A stretch of DNA of 64,000 nt from Hyphochytrium catenoides (lineage: Eukaryota > Protista > Hyphochytriomycota): NCBI GenBank assembly GCA_900088475.1, contig FLMG01002775.1, positions 1-64,000 on the forward strand, written 5' to 3'. Below, one piece after another: positions 25,613 to 38,708 of the stretch. The stretch's first letter is position 1. Each line of letters starts with the position of its first letter. Made by a program: the position numbers and the translations under genes. Below the pieces are notes generated by a model. That model searched no databases, was not told where the DNA came from, and worked only from the letters and a program-made list of their open reading frames with translations.

Positions 25613-26586
25613 CTACGATCCAGGCCGTCTTTGGCGATTGCCTGGAAGGCTCCGAGAGCTCGCACGATTCAATTCTCTAGGAGAACGCACTTCTAATGAA
25701 CTACAAGTGTCCGACCCGTAGGCTGTGTCACGAGGTACGCCTGGATGGGGCCACTCTTGAGAAGACCTGGTTTGGCTTGCTGCTTTACTTCTTTTTTCTC
25801 TTAGCCGAGGCGAAGATATGCCATCAAGCTCTAGAATGGAGTCTCCCGCCCGAAAGAGGGCCCAAGGGTCATCAGGCTGTACTGAGAAGTTCCATCCTGG
25901 CCCTAAGTCTTGTTCCCCTTCTCGAGCGTACCTCTTCCTCGCCTCTTGAAGACCTGCTCTAGACGACCTTCTTCCGCCGCGCAGGTCCTGTCGTACGTTA
26001 TCAATCCCATGGTCAGGTTCTGTTGATGAGCTTCGGATAGTGGAGGAAGACGGGAGGTTACCTGCGTGCCATTCTTTTGCTTAAGATTCTCTCGACGAGT
26101 ACCCTTTAGCCCTAAGTCGGCTTGGCGGCTTGGATTTACCTCTGGTTCTGAGTTGTCCCGTCGTGCTCTGTGGCCTCTCGATGACTCAGACTTAGTAGTG
26201 CCTGCCTCTTGGACTGTTCCCGACTGTGCAGTACTACTTTGTGCAGTCCACGCTAACCTAACCGCCTTCTTCTCAGGAGAAGAAAGATCACGGCTCTTCA
26301 AATCCCTGTGTGGCAATGGTGATGTTTCTGTCCGATCTTGTAAAGATGTACCCGTAAATCTTGGCGGTTCTTTCTTTTCCTCAGCATAGGTGCCTTCTGG
26401 CGTTAGAGTTGTAGGGCTTGGCTTAGGATTGAACGTTGGGCTACGTCGTTCTTCCACCTTTTTCCGTGCTTCCTGATACCCCTTGGCACGCCCCTTAGTG
26501 ACTCCACTTCCCTTCACTTTGGTATTCGAAGGGCTATCAGTGACGGAGAAGTGGACTTCGATTTTGTCTCTACCGCCTAATAACAT
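25613..26586 (-). CDS. Hypothetical basic, disordered protein, 2 exons
   Basis: ATG 26586. A phase-0 intron 26061-25988 (CAG|GTAACC…GACAG|) joins …QKNGTQ to DLRGGRRSSRAGLQEARKRY…, open to TAG 25613. No family recognised. Confidence 0.5.
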
Positions 26587-27217
26587 CGTCACAATGGGCA
26601 GTTCGCTCCCTCTCAGGACAAGAAGCAGCTGCCGTATTTAAGCACCTCACATAGACTCTGTCGTAGGCTCCTCGCCAAGGGGAATTTTCTTTACGGGTAG
26701 CCAACTCCACTGATAGCTCTCATCTTGATAGAATAGATCACGCACGTGGAGCGATGATCGTCATCCGCCGGCCGAATAGCTGATAGAATCTAAGAGTCCA
26801 ACATCAGTAGCTCCCACTCGTAAGAGCTCCCCCCAAAGAGTCAAGCTCCGGCAGCAAGCAGCAGGAGTCTATCTACGATGCTCCGACAGCTCTCCACCAA
26901 CTCCATCCACAGCCTTCTTATGAGCTTGCTCTCCAGCTCTCCTGGTCTCACACAGTCAAAGGCCGTTACATGACAACTGAGAGCTGAGTCCTGGGGGATA
27001 TCTGAGGAATTTCAGATTCTGGATTCTACTGACAATCTATGCATTGTCGCGAATTTTATCAGCATCTGCACACTGTATTTCGAATCCAGCGTCCCAAAGG
27101 ACTTGACGTACAACACAGTCTAGTTTCTACTGTTTTCTGACATCTAAGAAGTTTCTTCTTTGTCAGGCGCAGAGAGAAGCGGCACTTGGCTTTATAATAA
27201 TTTTAGGTGCGTAAGAC

Positions 27218-28748
27218 TTAGTGTGAAGGAGGAGCCGGCTTACTGGGAGAGGCCAGCCTGCCATCGCTGCGCTTCGGTGACCCCTGACCTGTGGCTTTGG
27301 CCGGAGATGCGTTACCTCCTGTCAAGCTCTTTCCTTGGGTGATAGTTCTACTAGGGCTTGACGGCGCTGGGAGGTCCAATCGCCCCTTTGGGCCCTTTAT
27401 GCTTTGATAGGTTGGTATATGGTACTTGATATTGATGAAAGCATCTGGACCTCCACGTTCTTCAAAACGCTCCAGCACGTCCTGAATGAGGTCGCCTAAG
27501 TGCTTATGCTCCGTCTGCGCATAGTCCATTTGATCACCTAGACTCACTGGAAAGGGTATTCTCCTTCTTAGCAAGCTTCGAAGTGTAAAAGTCATCTACC
27601 GTCTAATAAAAAAGACTTACCGACGTCGCGGACAAAGATATTAAGGACCGGCAAGATGTGTTTATAGTAGGGGATGATGGCAATCCCGATCAATCCACTT
27701 CTTTCTTCATCCTCGTCACAGGTGACGAGGCATCGGAGACAGGTCAAGACCTTCGCGATCACTAGAGGTATCCTGGTATTTAAAGCGGCTAGACATCTGA
27801 TTAGAGATCCACCTCGAACCCAGGTGCAGTGGTTCCAACTGACTTACTTTTGAAGCCAATGACAAGATTAGGAATGGTCGGCAGTACTTTATAAGGAGCA
27901 GCCATTAGCAAATCCATGGTACCCTGTCAAGCTCGAGCGTGATAATTTGCTAGTTCGAGACACATACAGAGGATGCGCACCTGGAACGCAAGAAATGCGT
28001 ACGGCTCTTCAATCTCCCTTAGGCCATCGACGAACACAGGGAGGATTATGCCATACTCCAGCTAAAGATGCACTAACATTAGTGCCACATCGCCTTCTGA
28101 CGAGAACTTTAGCCTTATCTAGCGGCTATTCACCTGTGCTGGATCTATCTTCCAGTACAGCTTGTTCTTTACCGCGCCATGATGTACCTGGACAGGCAGC
28201 TCACTGCGCTCATAATAGCTACAAGAGGAGGATTGACTTAAAACCACAAGCACCACTACTCATAAGACTGGACTTCCAGCACCTTCGCAAAGCCGTATTC
28301 GGTGGGTTTACTCTCTCCTGCGTCGCAGTCCTTGGAAGTCTGGGGGGAGATTTAGAGCTTGGAGACAACTGTTGCTGCAAAGGACCTTTCGTCATTCAGT
28401 GACACATTTGCCTTGCCCCACTTTTTCTACCTTTGCAAGAGCGAGCACAGCCTCCCCGCTTTTTATAAACTTATTGGGATCAGGCTTGTCAATCCTTCTA
28501 TGTAAGTGGTTGAAGGCGCTGTCATCCAAAACAGCCTGGGACATAACATGAGCGCCAGCTCTCTCCTGAATGAAGATCAGCACCGAAGTGAGCATAACGT
28601 CGGTTATGAGAGTTTGGAGCAAGTTGGTCCTTACGTTTGTGGGTAGGGTGCGATCAAATGGAGATAGGGACTCTGGCGCTGGTTTAGCTGTTGCCACAAA
28701 GTAGCTCTTATGCGGGAAGTAAACCCGCAGATTTTTCGGACTTGCCAT
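27218..28748 (-). CDS. PACRG: Parkin co-regulated gene protein family (axonemal inner-junction protein)
   Basis: Exons give YYERSELPVQVHH, LPVFVDGLREIEEPYAFLA, KVLPTIPNLV, ALNTR, IPYYKHILPVLNIF and LGDLIQDVLERFEERGGPDAFINIKYHIPTYQS. Start may be 28544 or 28748. Confidence 0.88.
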
Positions 28749-29307
28749 CTCAAGATCCGCGAGCTACAAACGGGGGTTGAGCGAGTGAGCCTATGGCCCT
28801 CACCTAGCTCAACACAAGCTTCATAAAGACGAACTAAAACATAGTGGTCGCAACCTTGTGCACCTTCATTCTCTCGCCTCTCTCTGGCCGGACGACATAC
28901 CACGCTGATGGAATTCTAGGAATGGATCGAGTGGTTGACCAGCCAGGGATGATGGCCTGGACCGCAAGAGGCACAAATGCTAGCTGTAAGCTCCTGCAGC
29001 TGGACTGATCATGACCAGCTGCTGTGAGTTGTAACGCCCTTCACCTACCCAGCTTGCTTTCCATGACAGGCTCCATGCCCTTATTCTCAATCCGACGACT
29101 AATGTTCTCGAGGAGAAATGATGTTATTCCTAATGGTAAGTGACAAGATGCGGTTAGCGGCTCTCACATCGGATTCTGAGTGCCGGAGATGATGTTTCTG
29201 ATCGTCTGTCGAGCTTCAAGAGGAAGTTCCCTCAGCACAGTCTTCAGAGTCTCATTGCTCTATCTTCACCTTACCCACCCAGGCGGTATCACTATTGGTG
29301 CTTAGTC

Positions 29308-30465
29308 ATGTCGTCAGCGCATCGATCCATCGCTAGGCTGCAGGCCCTTCAGCGTCAGATCCTAAGACCCGCCGCTGGGGCAGCGCCCACGTCCAGCCTA
29401 GCTGCTGTTCACACCGCTTCCTCGCGCCGACTGTCTTCCGATGCTAAAACCCCAGACAATGGCTGGGGTCCTCAGCTTGCGTCTAAAACCGCGGTGATAA
29501 CCGGGGCAGGAAGTGGCATTGGGCGCAAGGCGGCCATTCTGTTTGCATCTCATGGCGCTAAAGTCCTTGCAGTTGACTGGAACCATGATGGCCTGGAGCA
29601 AGTGAAGCAGGAAGTGGACACATCTGGTGGGGTTATTGAAATCTTGAAGGCCGATGTGAGCTCAGAAACGGACTCCAAGCGCATCATCGAGACCTGTGTT
29701 GAGAAGTTTGGCGTGCCGGATGTGTACTTTGCCAATGCTGGGATCGCCGGCATGTCTTACTTCATGGTATTGCCACGTCGCTTTCCTCCTAGCGCAACTC
29801 CCTCAGAGACAACGTCTCCCCACTCAACAAGACACCTTTACTGCTCTCTCCTTTCCTCCGTATTCTATCTAAGCTTGTGCCCTTTCATAGGATATCACGG
29901 CCGAAGACTTCACAAAGATATTGAAGGTCAATGTACTTGGGACCTTCCTCGGGCTTAAGACTGCTGCCATTGCAATGAAAGACGCTGGTAAGGAGGGAAG
30001 CCTCATCGCAACTGCCTCGGTTGCAGGCATTAGGAGTGGAGCTGGTGACACGGCCTATAGTGCAAGTAAAGCCGCAGTGATCAACATGGTACAGACTATG
30101 GCTAATCAGCTGAAAGGTGGGTGCCAAACCAGCTCTTTTGATCATGTTTGTTCTGCACGTTTAAACTCAGTAAGTCGTATCCTACTTTTTGCCGCCCAGG
30201 AACTGGCATTCGCATCAACGCGGTGTGTCCTGGACTGACAGAAACAGGGATGACCCAGCCACTTTTTGACCTTGCCAGAGCGAAGGGCCGGGAGGGTAAA
30301 ATTGGCCAGCTTAACCCTCTTAACCGCTACGGCGTGGCGGAAGAAGTGGCTTCGGTTGGTCTCTTTCTTGCCAGTGCTCAGTCTTCCTACGTCAACGGAC
30401 AGGCGATCGCTGTCTGCGGCGGACTCTCATCTTCTCATCCTACAGCTCCTGGCAAGTTCTACTAG
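29308..30465 (+). CDS. Classical short-chain dehydrogenase/reductase with putative mitochondrial presequence
   Basis: TGAGSGIG, NAG, catalytic S and YSASK, IRINAVCPG, YVNGQAIAVCGG; two GT-AG introns; Arg/Ser/Ala-rich N-terminus. Confidence 0.93.
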
Positions 30466-30557
30466 GCGGCAGATCTAAGCAAGATAGCATAATGTGGTTA
30501 TGTTACACTGTCGCCCGACATAAAGTGAGGACTGAGGGAGGTCCACAGCTTATCAAT

Positions 30558-33020
30558 CTACTCGGCATCATTTCCCTCTTCCTCCTTTCCGTCTTGTCCT
30601 CCACCCCAAAAGTCATCTTCTTCATTCACCTCCTCGTCGGATAGGCGACGGAAGACAGCTAAGAACTTCTTTCCGTTATTCCTTTCCACTTTCTTTCCTT
30701 CCTCGGTCTCGGTCCTAACAGCAAGCGCTGTGGGATCGTTCTCCTAAGACGCAAAATATGAGTACATTGAGACCTCTCCTGAGACCGTTCCCCGGTGGCG
30801 CAATGTAGGGTGAATATGAGCAAGGGAGTGATTCATGCGCAAAAGGCTGGGAAGTTAGAGAGAACTAAAAAGAAAAGGATGTGGAGGTCTTGCAACCCCA
30901 CCACCCACAGTGATAAGCCCGTCTGCGGAATGTGCCGAAGAAAAAAAAGAAAAGCCTATTATACCAGCTCTTCGTCGGGAACCCTTCTGAAGTAGGGATG
31001 CTTCGAGCATTTTTCTACGTGCCAATGGTAGAGTTCCTCTACATCGGTGATCGTGTACAGCAAACCGTGCGGCGCGAGAACGTAGGCATACTCAGTCAAC
31101 AAGTTGTGACTGCAAAGACAACACCAAGAGAATGGGGAATATTTGACGGATGAAGTGAGACAATCATAAGACTCCAATTGAGGTCCTTTTCCTAAGATCG
31201 CTTACTTGACAATCCTCCGTCTATGGTTCTTTGTCTTGAAATGAGGATCCGGAAAGCAGAAGAAAAGCTTCGTCAGCTGTGGATATCATAAAGGAGAGAG
31301 CCACCCAACACAGGGGTGACGCCCGATGAGAGCGGAACGACGAAAGAAAGCAAGAGTCAGAATTAGCTGGTTATGCGCGTACAATGTGTAAGCTTTTAAG
31401 ACACCTGTCCTTTGTAGAAGAAGTTTGGAAGATATTTCATGGCGTTAGTCTTCAGCACAGACACATTCCGATACTGCAATAAGGGCAAGAGGGAGGTGAG
31501 TCGATGTGCGGTGCAGGAGACAAAATCAGGAGATAGAGATGTATGAAGAGACAATCCACAAGGCATGGTCTTTGCTTCGTTTCCTTCCTCTTAAAGCTCT
31601 ACGTTTAACATCATAGGGAGCATTGCCTAGGTGTTGTCATTCTTTCTCACTTCTCCCGTCACAGCCCTTTTAGTCCTTTCTCCTACTGTTTACCTCGCCC
31701 GGATGTTCTTGTCTGAGCCCGAGGATCCTGAGCCGCACGTACTCGGTGACCTTTGGTCGTATCTCCATGGCAAGGGTAAGTCGGTCAGGGAAAAGTTTGG
31801 CAAGTGCAACTGTCAAACCGCCAAAGCCGCAGCCAACATCCGCAAACTCAACTCTCCTTAACACCAGAAAGAGAAGAAGTCAGATCCACGATTACATTTG
31901 GTTTCTGTTGCATTAAAGCGGAGAGTAGGACTCTGTGGGTAGTAGGGAGTCAGGAAAGTGACGAAGAGCACAGCGACTGATTCCTCAAGTAACAGCAGAA
32001 ACATTGACAACTCCATAACCAGAGCGAGACATGCTTGGGGAAGCAAGAAGAAAACGCCAAGTTTCAGTAGGAAGAGATGAAGACAAACGGTGGATCAGCA
32101 TAACCGGAGGATAACTCTAGGCTGCCAAGTTTGATAGACCGGACAACACTTAGAGTCTATAACACGGCAGATGCCGCGGTCAAACTAACGGGGCAGCGCA
32201 GAGCAAACCTCACTTACGGTATGTTAGCGTCGCCTCTTTCCACTGTTAGAAGACTCAGTTAGTTCATGACAATGACAGAAGACGTAACAAGCTCATGGGT
32301 TGACAGATAATTTGATACAGAAGAGGAGTCAGGAAAGCCTGGGACAGAGAGGTGAGCATGACCAGGCAGTAAGCCCGCAAACGATAATGACATACAGGAA
32401 GAGAGGGACGATCAAGCGGCGACAGTTCTCAGATGATAAGTGGAACCAAGCTAAGTCCCTCACCTGCATCTTTGATCACAGGGTAATGCTCCGTCCAATC
32501 CATCTGATCCGGACTGGAAGGGCTGATGTAGAGAGGTCATGGGACAGGGAAGAGAGGAACAGCGAGAAAAAGAAGGTTGAACCAGGGACTAAAGAGTAAA
32601 GACGAAAGCCACAAAAGGAAAAGAGCAAGATCGAGACGGGAAGAGAGAGAAAGCATCACAAGAGAAAAGATGACAAGTTGATGATATCCCACCGGTCCAG
32701 CGAGTGTTGCCGCGCAGTGAGAAAGGGGAGAATGGACAGAAACAAGAGAGAATGGCACAGAGTGAGAGTGACAGGAAATCGGGCTTTACCAGGCAAAGAA
32801 ATGAGAGACAAAGAGGGATATGATAAGTAGGTCTAGATACTGTGGACATGAGCAACGACGATAATGAGAAGCCTCTAGGTAGAGGAAGAGGTACATACTA
32901 GGAAAAGGCGTCGTTATGCGAGAGTGGGTTGCAGTGAGCCCGGCTGCGATAGTACTTCTTCTGCGGCATCTCTCCCTCCACCGTGTACTTCGGCAGTCCT
33001 GGAGCTTCTGTCTTGGACAT
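30558..33020 (-). CDS. METTL1: tRNA (guanine-N7)-methyltransferase catalytic subunit
   Basis: PQKKYYRSRAHCNPLS, FADVGCGFGGL, AMEIRPKVTEYV, TNAMKYLPNFF, FFCFPDPHFK, LLTEYAYVL, YTITDVEELYHW, TEEGKKVERN; ATG 33020, stop 30558. Confidence 0.95.
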
Positions 33021-33281
33021 CTTGCTCACAGCTTTCTTCTCCACAGCCTAGCTGGTATCGCCGTCTCTTCTACTCTCCTTGGTCCTCTTCGCAACCTGTG
33101 GCCCAGTCAAAGCACTGATCTCTTGAAGCTTGAGAAGGAGCTTCAGCGATACCTAAAGCAGTAGCTAATCCACAGGTCGCGCCAAGAGAGAGTGACGCTG
33201 CAAAACAGCCCCGAAAGCCCTCTCTCTCTCGCCTTCTGATGATTGTCTCTAAGGAGCCTTCTAGTGGGCCAGACCTGGAGC

Positions 33282-33341
33282 NNNNNNNNNNNNNNNNNNN
33301 NNNNNNNNNNNNNNNNNNNNNNNNNNNNNNNNNNNNNNNNN
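33282..33341. other. Assembly gap (60 N)
   Basis: Run of n characters. Confidence 0.95.
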
Positions 33342-33401
33342 ACCTGTGAGGGTTCTGATGGGAAAACTGTTGGTTGGCAGTTCTCCTTTCCTGTACACTT
33401 G

Positions 33402-33488
33402 CTCTCTCAACCATCTCTTTCTCTTTCTCTTCCTCTCTCGCTGTCCTCCTTCTTTCCCTCTCTCTCCCCCTCTCTCTCTCCCTCTCTT

Positions 33489-33521
<33 letters not shown>

Positions 33522-33546
33522 CCCCCTTCTCTCTCTCTCTCTCTCT
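33402..33546. repeat. Imperfect (CT)n microsatellite in the METTL1/PPR divergent intergenic region
   Basis: Long ctctct tract. A shorter one lies at ~34492-34519 in a PPR intron. Confidence 0.9.
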
Positions 33547-33856
33547 GGCATGGGATACTGTCCATCATCAAACGAAAAGCTCATCGCCTCTCCTACGATC
33601 CGAGCACTACGACCCACCCCTTTCCATCAAGAGAAGAGAGGGTGCCGCGGTTGTCTGTTTTCCTCCTGCTGAGAAAGGCCTCGCTCGGCTCTTAATCAGA
33701 GTGCCTAACCAGATTGCATTTGTGCTCGTCTCTGTTCTATCTGGTCGGCAGGCCGTGCCCCTACGGCCTCTCAAGACGCTTGCGAAGAGAGCAGTAAACT
33801 GACGGCAGAACGCTTGGAAGTCTTCAGGTAGAGCAGGCACTAGCCTGAAACTAAGG

Positions 33857-36800
33857 ATGGCGCAGCGTCTGCTACAGAGGGAGATGCGGCGGCAGTGCCT
33901 CTCCTCGCTACTTCGATGTCATCGGTCACTTGTCCGCCCTCGGCATCAGCAAACTGCATCTTCACTTGCGGTCGCACCTCCTGCAGCCTGCCGCTCTATC
34001 CCAGCAGCACTCTTCTCCACCAGCGCTGGGCAGGCAGTAGCGGGAAGTTCCCCCAGACAGAACAGCAACAAGGACAAGAGAGAAAGAGGCCGCGTTGCAA
34101 CGAAGAGTAAAATAGCACTAAACAAGAAGGCAGCAAGCCTTGTTAGCCCTGAGGTTGTAGAGTCAGTCATAACTGAGGCGCTAGAGATCGCTAGGAAGGG
34201 ACAGCATGAGAACCCAGGGGAGCAGATGATGAGCTACCAGCCGTCGGAGGAGCACCGAGAGCTGTACCGAGTGACCAATGCCGCTATATATGACAAGATG
34301 GACGGGCTCGCCGAGGCCAGAAAGAAGTATAGCATCAGTAGCCAGACACCGTGCGTACCCATACCCCGCCTCTCTCCTCTTTTTTGACTCTTCTCTTGTT
34401 AAGGTCTCTCTCTTCTTTATGTGAGATTTTTCCTTGAGGATGGCTTGCAATGCACTCTGGGTCTGTCTCTCTCTGCTCCTCCATTTCTTGGGCTCTCTGT
34501 CTCTCTCTCTCTCTCTCTCCTGCAGTTATGATGTTGTCAATCCTCGTGCTTGTCGCTCTCGTGCCTTCCTATCTTCTCCAATTGTTGCTTCCTGAATAGA
34601 CTTTACCCTGATAGGGCTATATCCCACTTGACTCTCCGTCTCTCTCGCCGATCTGGGTATACTCTCTGTCTGTCCACTTCTTCGTTCAGTTCCGTATCTT
34701 TGTCAACAACCACTCATGCTGTCTTATCACGCTCTCTCTTCAGACCTGACAAGCCTTACAGTCTGCTCTATTCATTAGAACCTTATGGCGATCTGTAGTG
34801 ACTCTTTCTTCGCTCCTTATAAACGTCTTTCTGTCTTACCTTCTGTCGTTTTGCTGCTTCCGCTGCTTCCAGTCAGCATAAGCTCTACGCCCGAGCCCTA
34901 CTAGCGGCCGCGGTGAGTCGGCCGCAAAGCTTCTACAGCGAAGCCTCAGAGCTGCTTGGAAGACTTGAGGAGATTGAACCCGAGCAGTTGCATAGCCCAT
35001 CAATCACCACTGCGCTGACCCTAGCACCTATTTTTATAAATGATGCTTACCGGTAGGCCCGTCTTTCTTACTTGGTGGTGCCTTTGGCAGCCTCCTTATC
35101 TTCAAGAAGAGGTCCGGCTGCGTTGGAATGCCAAGGATTGTCCATGTTTGGCTTCCACTCGTCTCCTTGTCGTTCTGTGCCTTCTCTCCGTCCCTCCGAA
35201 TGCAGAGTGACACTAGCTGCCGTTCTGCAGTTGGAATACTTCCGTCTTTATATCTGCGCCGTCTATCCTTGTCATCGAGTTTTGACGTTCCATTGCCAAA
35301 TGCTCTGCATCATGACGTCTCCCTCCTTACACCGCAACTTCATCTCGGTCCAGCCTTCCTGAGGAGTCATCGCAATCGGACCCATACTTGGGTTGGGATA
35401 GAGACAGGTTACAAGATCCTGAATGTGCAAAGCTTGCCTCTATGTTTGAAAGTGGCAAGATGCAGGAAAGGTCCCTGGACGAGGAGTTTATCAACCAGAT
35501 TTTGCTATCTCTTACCTACAGAGACCCACCTCGAGCAGTGCGCGTTCTACTGCTGACAAAGAGGTTGGGAGTGCAGCATCTGCCTTCGTCATACGGGAGA
35601 CTTTGTGCGAGAGCAATAGCGATAGATCGACCAGAGGTGATGAAACGAGGGTAGATTCGCATGCTCAGATTCCTTAGCGATCGTCTCGGTTTTCCTGGAC
35701 TCCAAATCTCTTATGCTCCTTGTTTGCCTTTCTCCTTTTCTTGGCTCCATCGCACTGTTGTCCACGAACCTATCTCCTCTTCATCTCAGCTCCGTGAATG
35801 GATGGCATTTTTATGAACGCCAATTTATTTTCTAACGGTGACATTATGCTTTGGGTTTGTCTATGTCCTGACTGCCTCCTTGCTAACTTGAGGTTGTTCT
35901 TCTCGTCGCAACTCATAGGTTGTCATAGACTTTCTGCAGATGATGTTATCTCTGGGGATGTCCTTTCCATTCTGCGTGCTAGGAAGTCTGCTAAGAGCGC
36001 TACCCAGTCTGGGGCGACAAGATCTTGCAGATTCCCTCCTAGCGGAAATTACAGAGCACAATCCCTCACAGGAGAGTTCCGTGCTTTTGGATGTGCTTGC
36101 ACATGCTGCCTACAAAGGAGAATATAATACTTGCAAGACCGTAAGTCTAGCTGTCTATTGCTACCCTTCTCGCCCCGGTTGCCAATCATGGGTCTAGGTA
36201 TATTATCCTATCAATTCGTGGTCTGTGCTTGCGATTGAACTCCTGGACCGCTTGCATTTGCCTGTTATTCTGAATGCGCAGCTGATTCTGCACTGACTCT
36301 CAATACCGTCATTCAAGCAGATAATCAAAGAGAACTTTACAAGCCCGTCTGTGGACCCACATCTAGTCAGAACTGCGCATCACTATCTTATGCGCTCTTG
36401 TACGACCAAGAGAGAGCGCACTTTGGTGGCGAAGGAAGTTCTTGCTTTTTTGTCTGAAAGGAGCATTAAGCCGCTCAGAGAGAGCTTGGTGTGCGCTCTG
36501 ATGTGGTCTTCTGACGATGACAAGCTACGTATGGTGGAGCGGACTTACCGCCTATTGAAGGCGGAAGGTTACGAGCTGCAGGAACAGGAATTCGGAGAGA
36601 TCCTTGGGAATCTGATAACAAAGGGCCTCAAGGCTTGGGGCTTGATAAGAGTTCTTCTCTTGGATGTGAGTTGACAGCGGGAAATTCTGAAAGGAATGGG
36701 TAGAGAAATTGTGCAGTAGAGGGCCGATTAGGACGGATATGGGTCGTCTGTTGCTAGAAGCTGGGGGTGGGGGGTGGCCAAAGACCGAGTTTCTTGCACG

Positions 36801-38637
36801 ACCCCATCTGGGATGAAGGCCGGAAACAAGTGAAATCGAGGTAGACAGGGAGAGAGAGAGAGACACACTGTGCGTGAGTTCGAATAGGGCAGGAAACAAT
36901 ATCACGTAGGCGAGGACTCCTTGTGCTAGGCAGAGTCGGCAGATCGGTGTGGCAGTTTAACCCGCACAAAGCCTGGCAAGGTCGAACCTAATGCGAGAAG
37001 AGTGCAAGTAATTGGGGGCGGCTTAAGGCTTACTCTCTACTCATTATCTCCCTCTTTTTGACACTCTCTCTTCTATCTTTGCAACAGATGATTGAAAGCA
37101 ACTATCAAGTCCCTCTCGTTTATCTAACGCGCATCTCAGGGCTAAACAACCCCATGCGTTTCAGAATGGCCAGTCAGCTAGTGGACCTTCTTGGACCCAG
37201 ATCTCAGATCACTCCGGAGCTCGCACAAATTTTGTACGGCACTATTGCCCGGTAAGAAAGTAGTCCTTCTTTACTGTCCCTCTTTTAAAGTGACGACGGC
37301 GGTAAGCTAACCCTAACCCTCAGCACAATGCATGTTGAGGCGAGGTTCCGATTGCTGTGGTTCTTAGTCTTTGTCTGACCGTGTTCCTCTTAACATCGAT
37401 CTCTGGCTGATATAGGTTTCACTGTGACTGTGGCCGTATGGAGGAGGCGGAAGCAGCTATTAGCAGCATCTTCTCCTATGGCGTCTCTCCATTACCCAGG
37501 ACTATTGAGGGAGTCATCCAGACCTACTATGACCAACAAAATTATGAAGCTGTTCTTAACTCCTTCAGACGATTTCAACCACCTCATAAGCGGCACTACT
37601 TCATGATTCGGTTGAACTCTATTATAAAGGCTCAGGATGTCTACACCGCACTCAAGTACTTTAGAAATGGATCGAATGAAGAGTTTCGTGAAAGCTGGTG
37701 CTATGGAGCTCTTGTACGGGGCCTGTGTGAAGCAGGAGATTTGGAAGGGGCCGAGGAACTATATAAAGAGATGAGATCCTGTGGACTCGTGCCAAATGCG
37801 CGAACAGTGAACTCCTGCATTATACTTTGCGGCAAGCTGGGACTAAAAGATAAGGCGATCCAGTTCTTTACGGATATGAGGGAGAGTGGAGTTGAACCTG
37901 ACAACCTCACAGTTTCGTCTCTTATGCACTGCTGGGCCGCTGAAGGCGACATAGCAGGAATGGAGGAGGTTGTCAACCTGATGAGGAAGCATAGAGTCAT
38001 GCCTTCCGTCGTCATCTACAACGCTATCCTTCGCGGCTTTCTAACGTCCCACGACTTCAAGGCTGCTTTTTCTCTCTTCGAAAAGGTTCGCCATCATCGT
38101 TCGCCCAAGCTTGGTTGGACCATGCTAGCTGGTCTCGCAAAGGCCCGTCGAGTAGATGATGCTATAAGGATTCTACGATTGATGAGAAAAGATGGCGTGA
38201 ATGTGCATCCTAATCTGTATGGCCTCGTTGTCGCGCTCCTGTGCTACTACAAGCGCTTAGACGAGGCTATGGCGTTGAAGGAGTGGCTAGATAAAGAGAA
38301 GGTGCAGCCAAGTGCGTTGACCTACGAGCACCTAGTGATAACAAACGTTCAGTGCCAGAACACCCGGACCGCCCTTTCTCTGTTCAAGGAAATGAAAGCG
38401 GCAGGATATATTCCTACCCAGACGCTGTTGGTTGATCTTATTGCAGCCTTGGACTCCTCTGGACAGCTAGACGAGGCCTTGCAGCTCATGAAGTATATGG
38501 ACAGCATTAAGCCGAAGAAGACAGTCCTTGACAAACTATTTGAAGCAGATGCAGAGGATCCAGAGGAAAAAGAAACACTCGCAAAGGACAAGGAAAAGGA
38601 AGGAGAAAAACATGCGCGGTCTCTTCAAGGAAGGTAA
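33857..38637 (+). CDS. Pentatricopeptide repeat (P-class) protein, probably mitochondrial
   Basis: Last exon has about 8 tandem ~35-aa repeats (e.g. YGALVRGLCEAGDLEGAEELYKEMRSCGLVPN, YNAILRGFLTSHDFKAAFSLFEKV). Exon 1 has an Arg-rich presequence (…AALFSTSA). Internal exons are helical and linked by GT-AG sites; linkage of all exons into one gene is inferred. Confidence 0.85.
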
Positions 38638-38708
38638 ATGGTGTTCTTCGTCGCCCTGGGCCAGAGTAGTCACTCTTGAGGCAATATCTCAAGGATATAA
38701 TAAATTAT

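Noticed and set aside
33243-33802. Several long ORFs (SLSLSL / ERERER) on both strands
   Set aside because: Artefacts of the (CT)n microsatellite and the N gap.
37307-37320. ctaaccctaaccct, a telomere-like (CCCTAA)2
   Set aside because: Only two units, inside a PPR intron; compatible with a branch-point-like CTAAC or chance.
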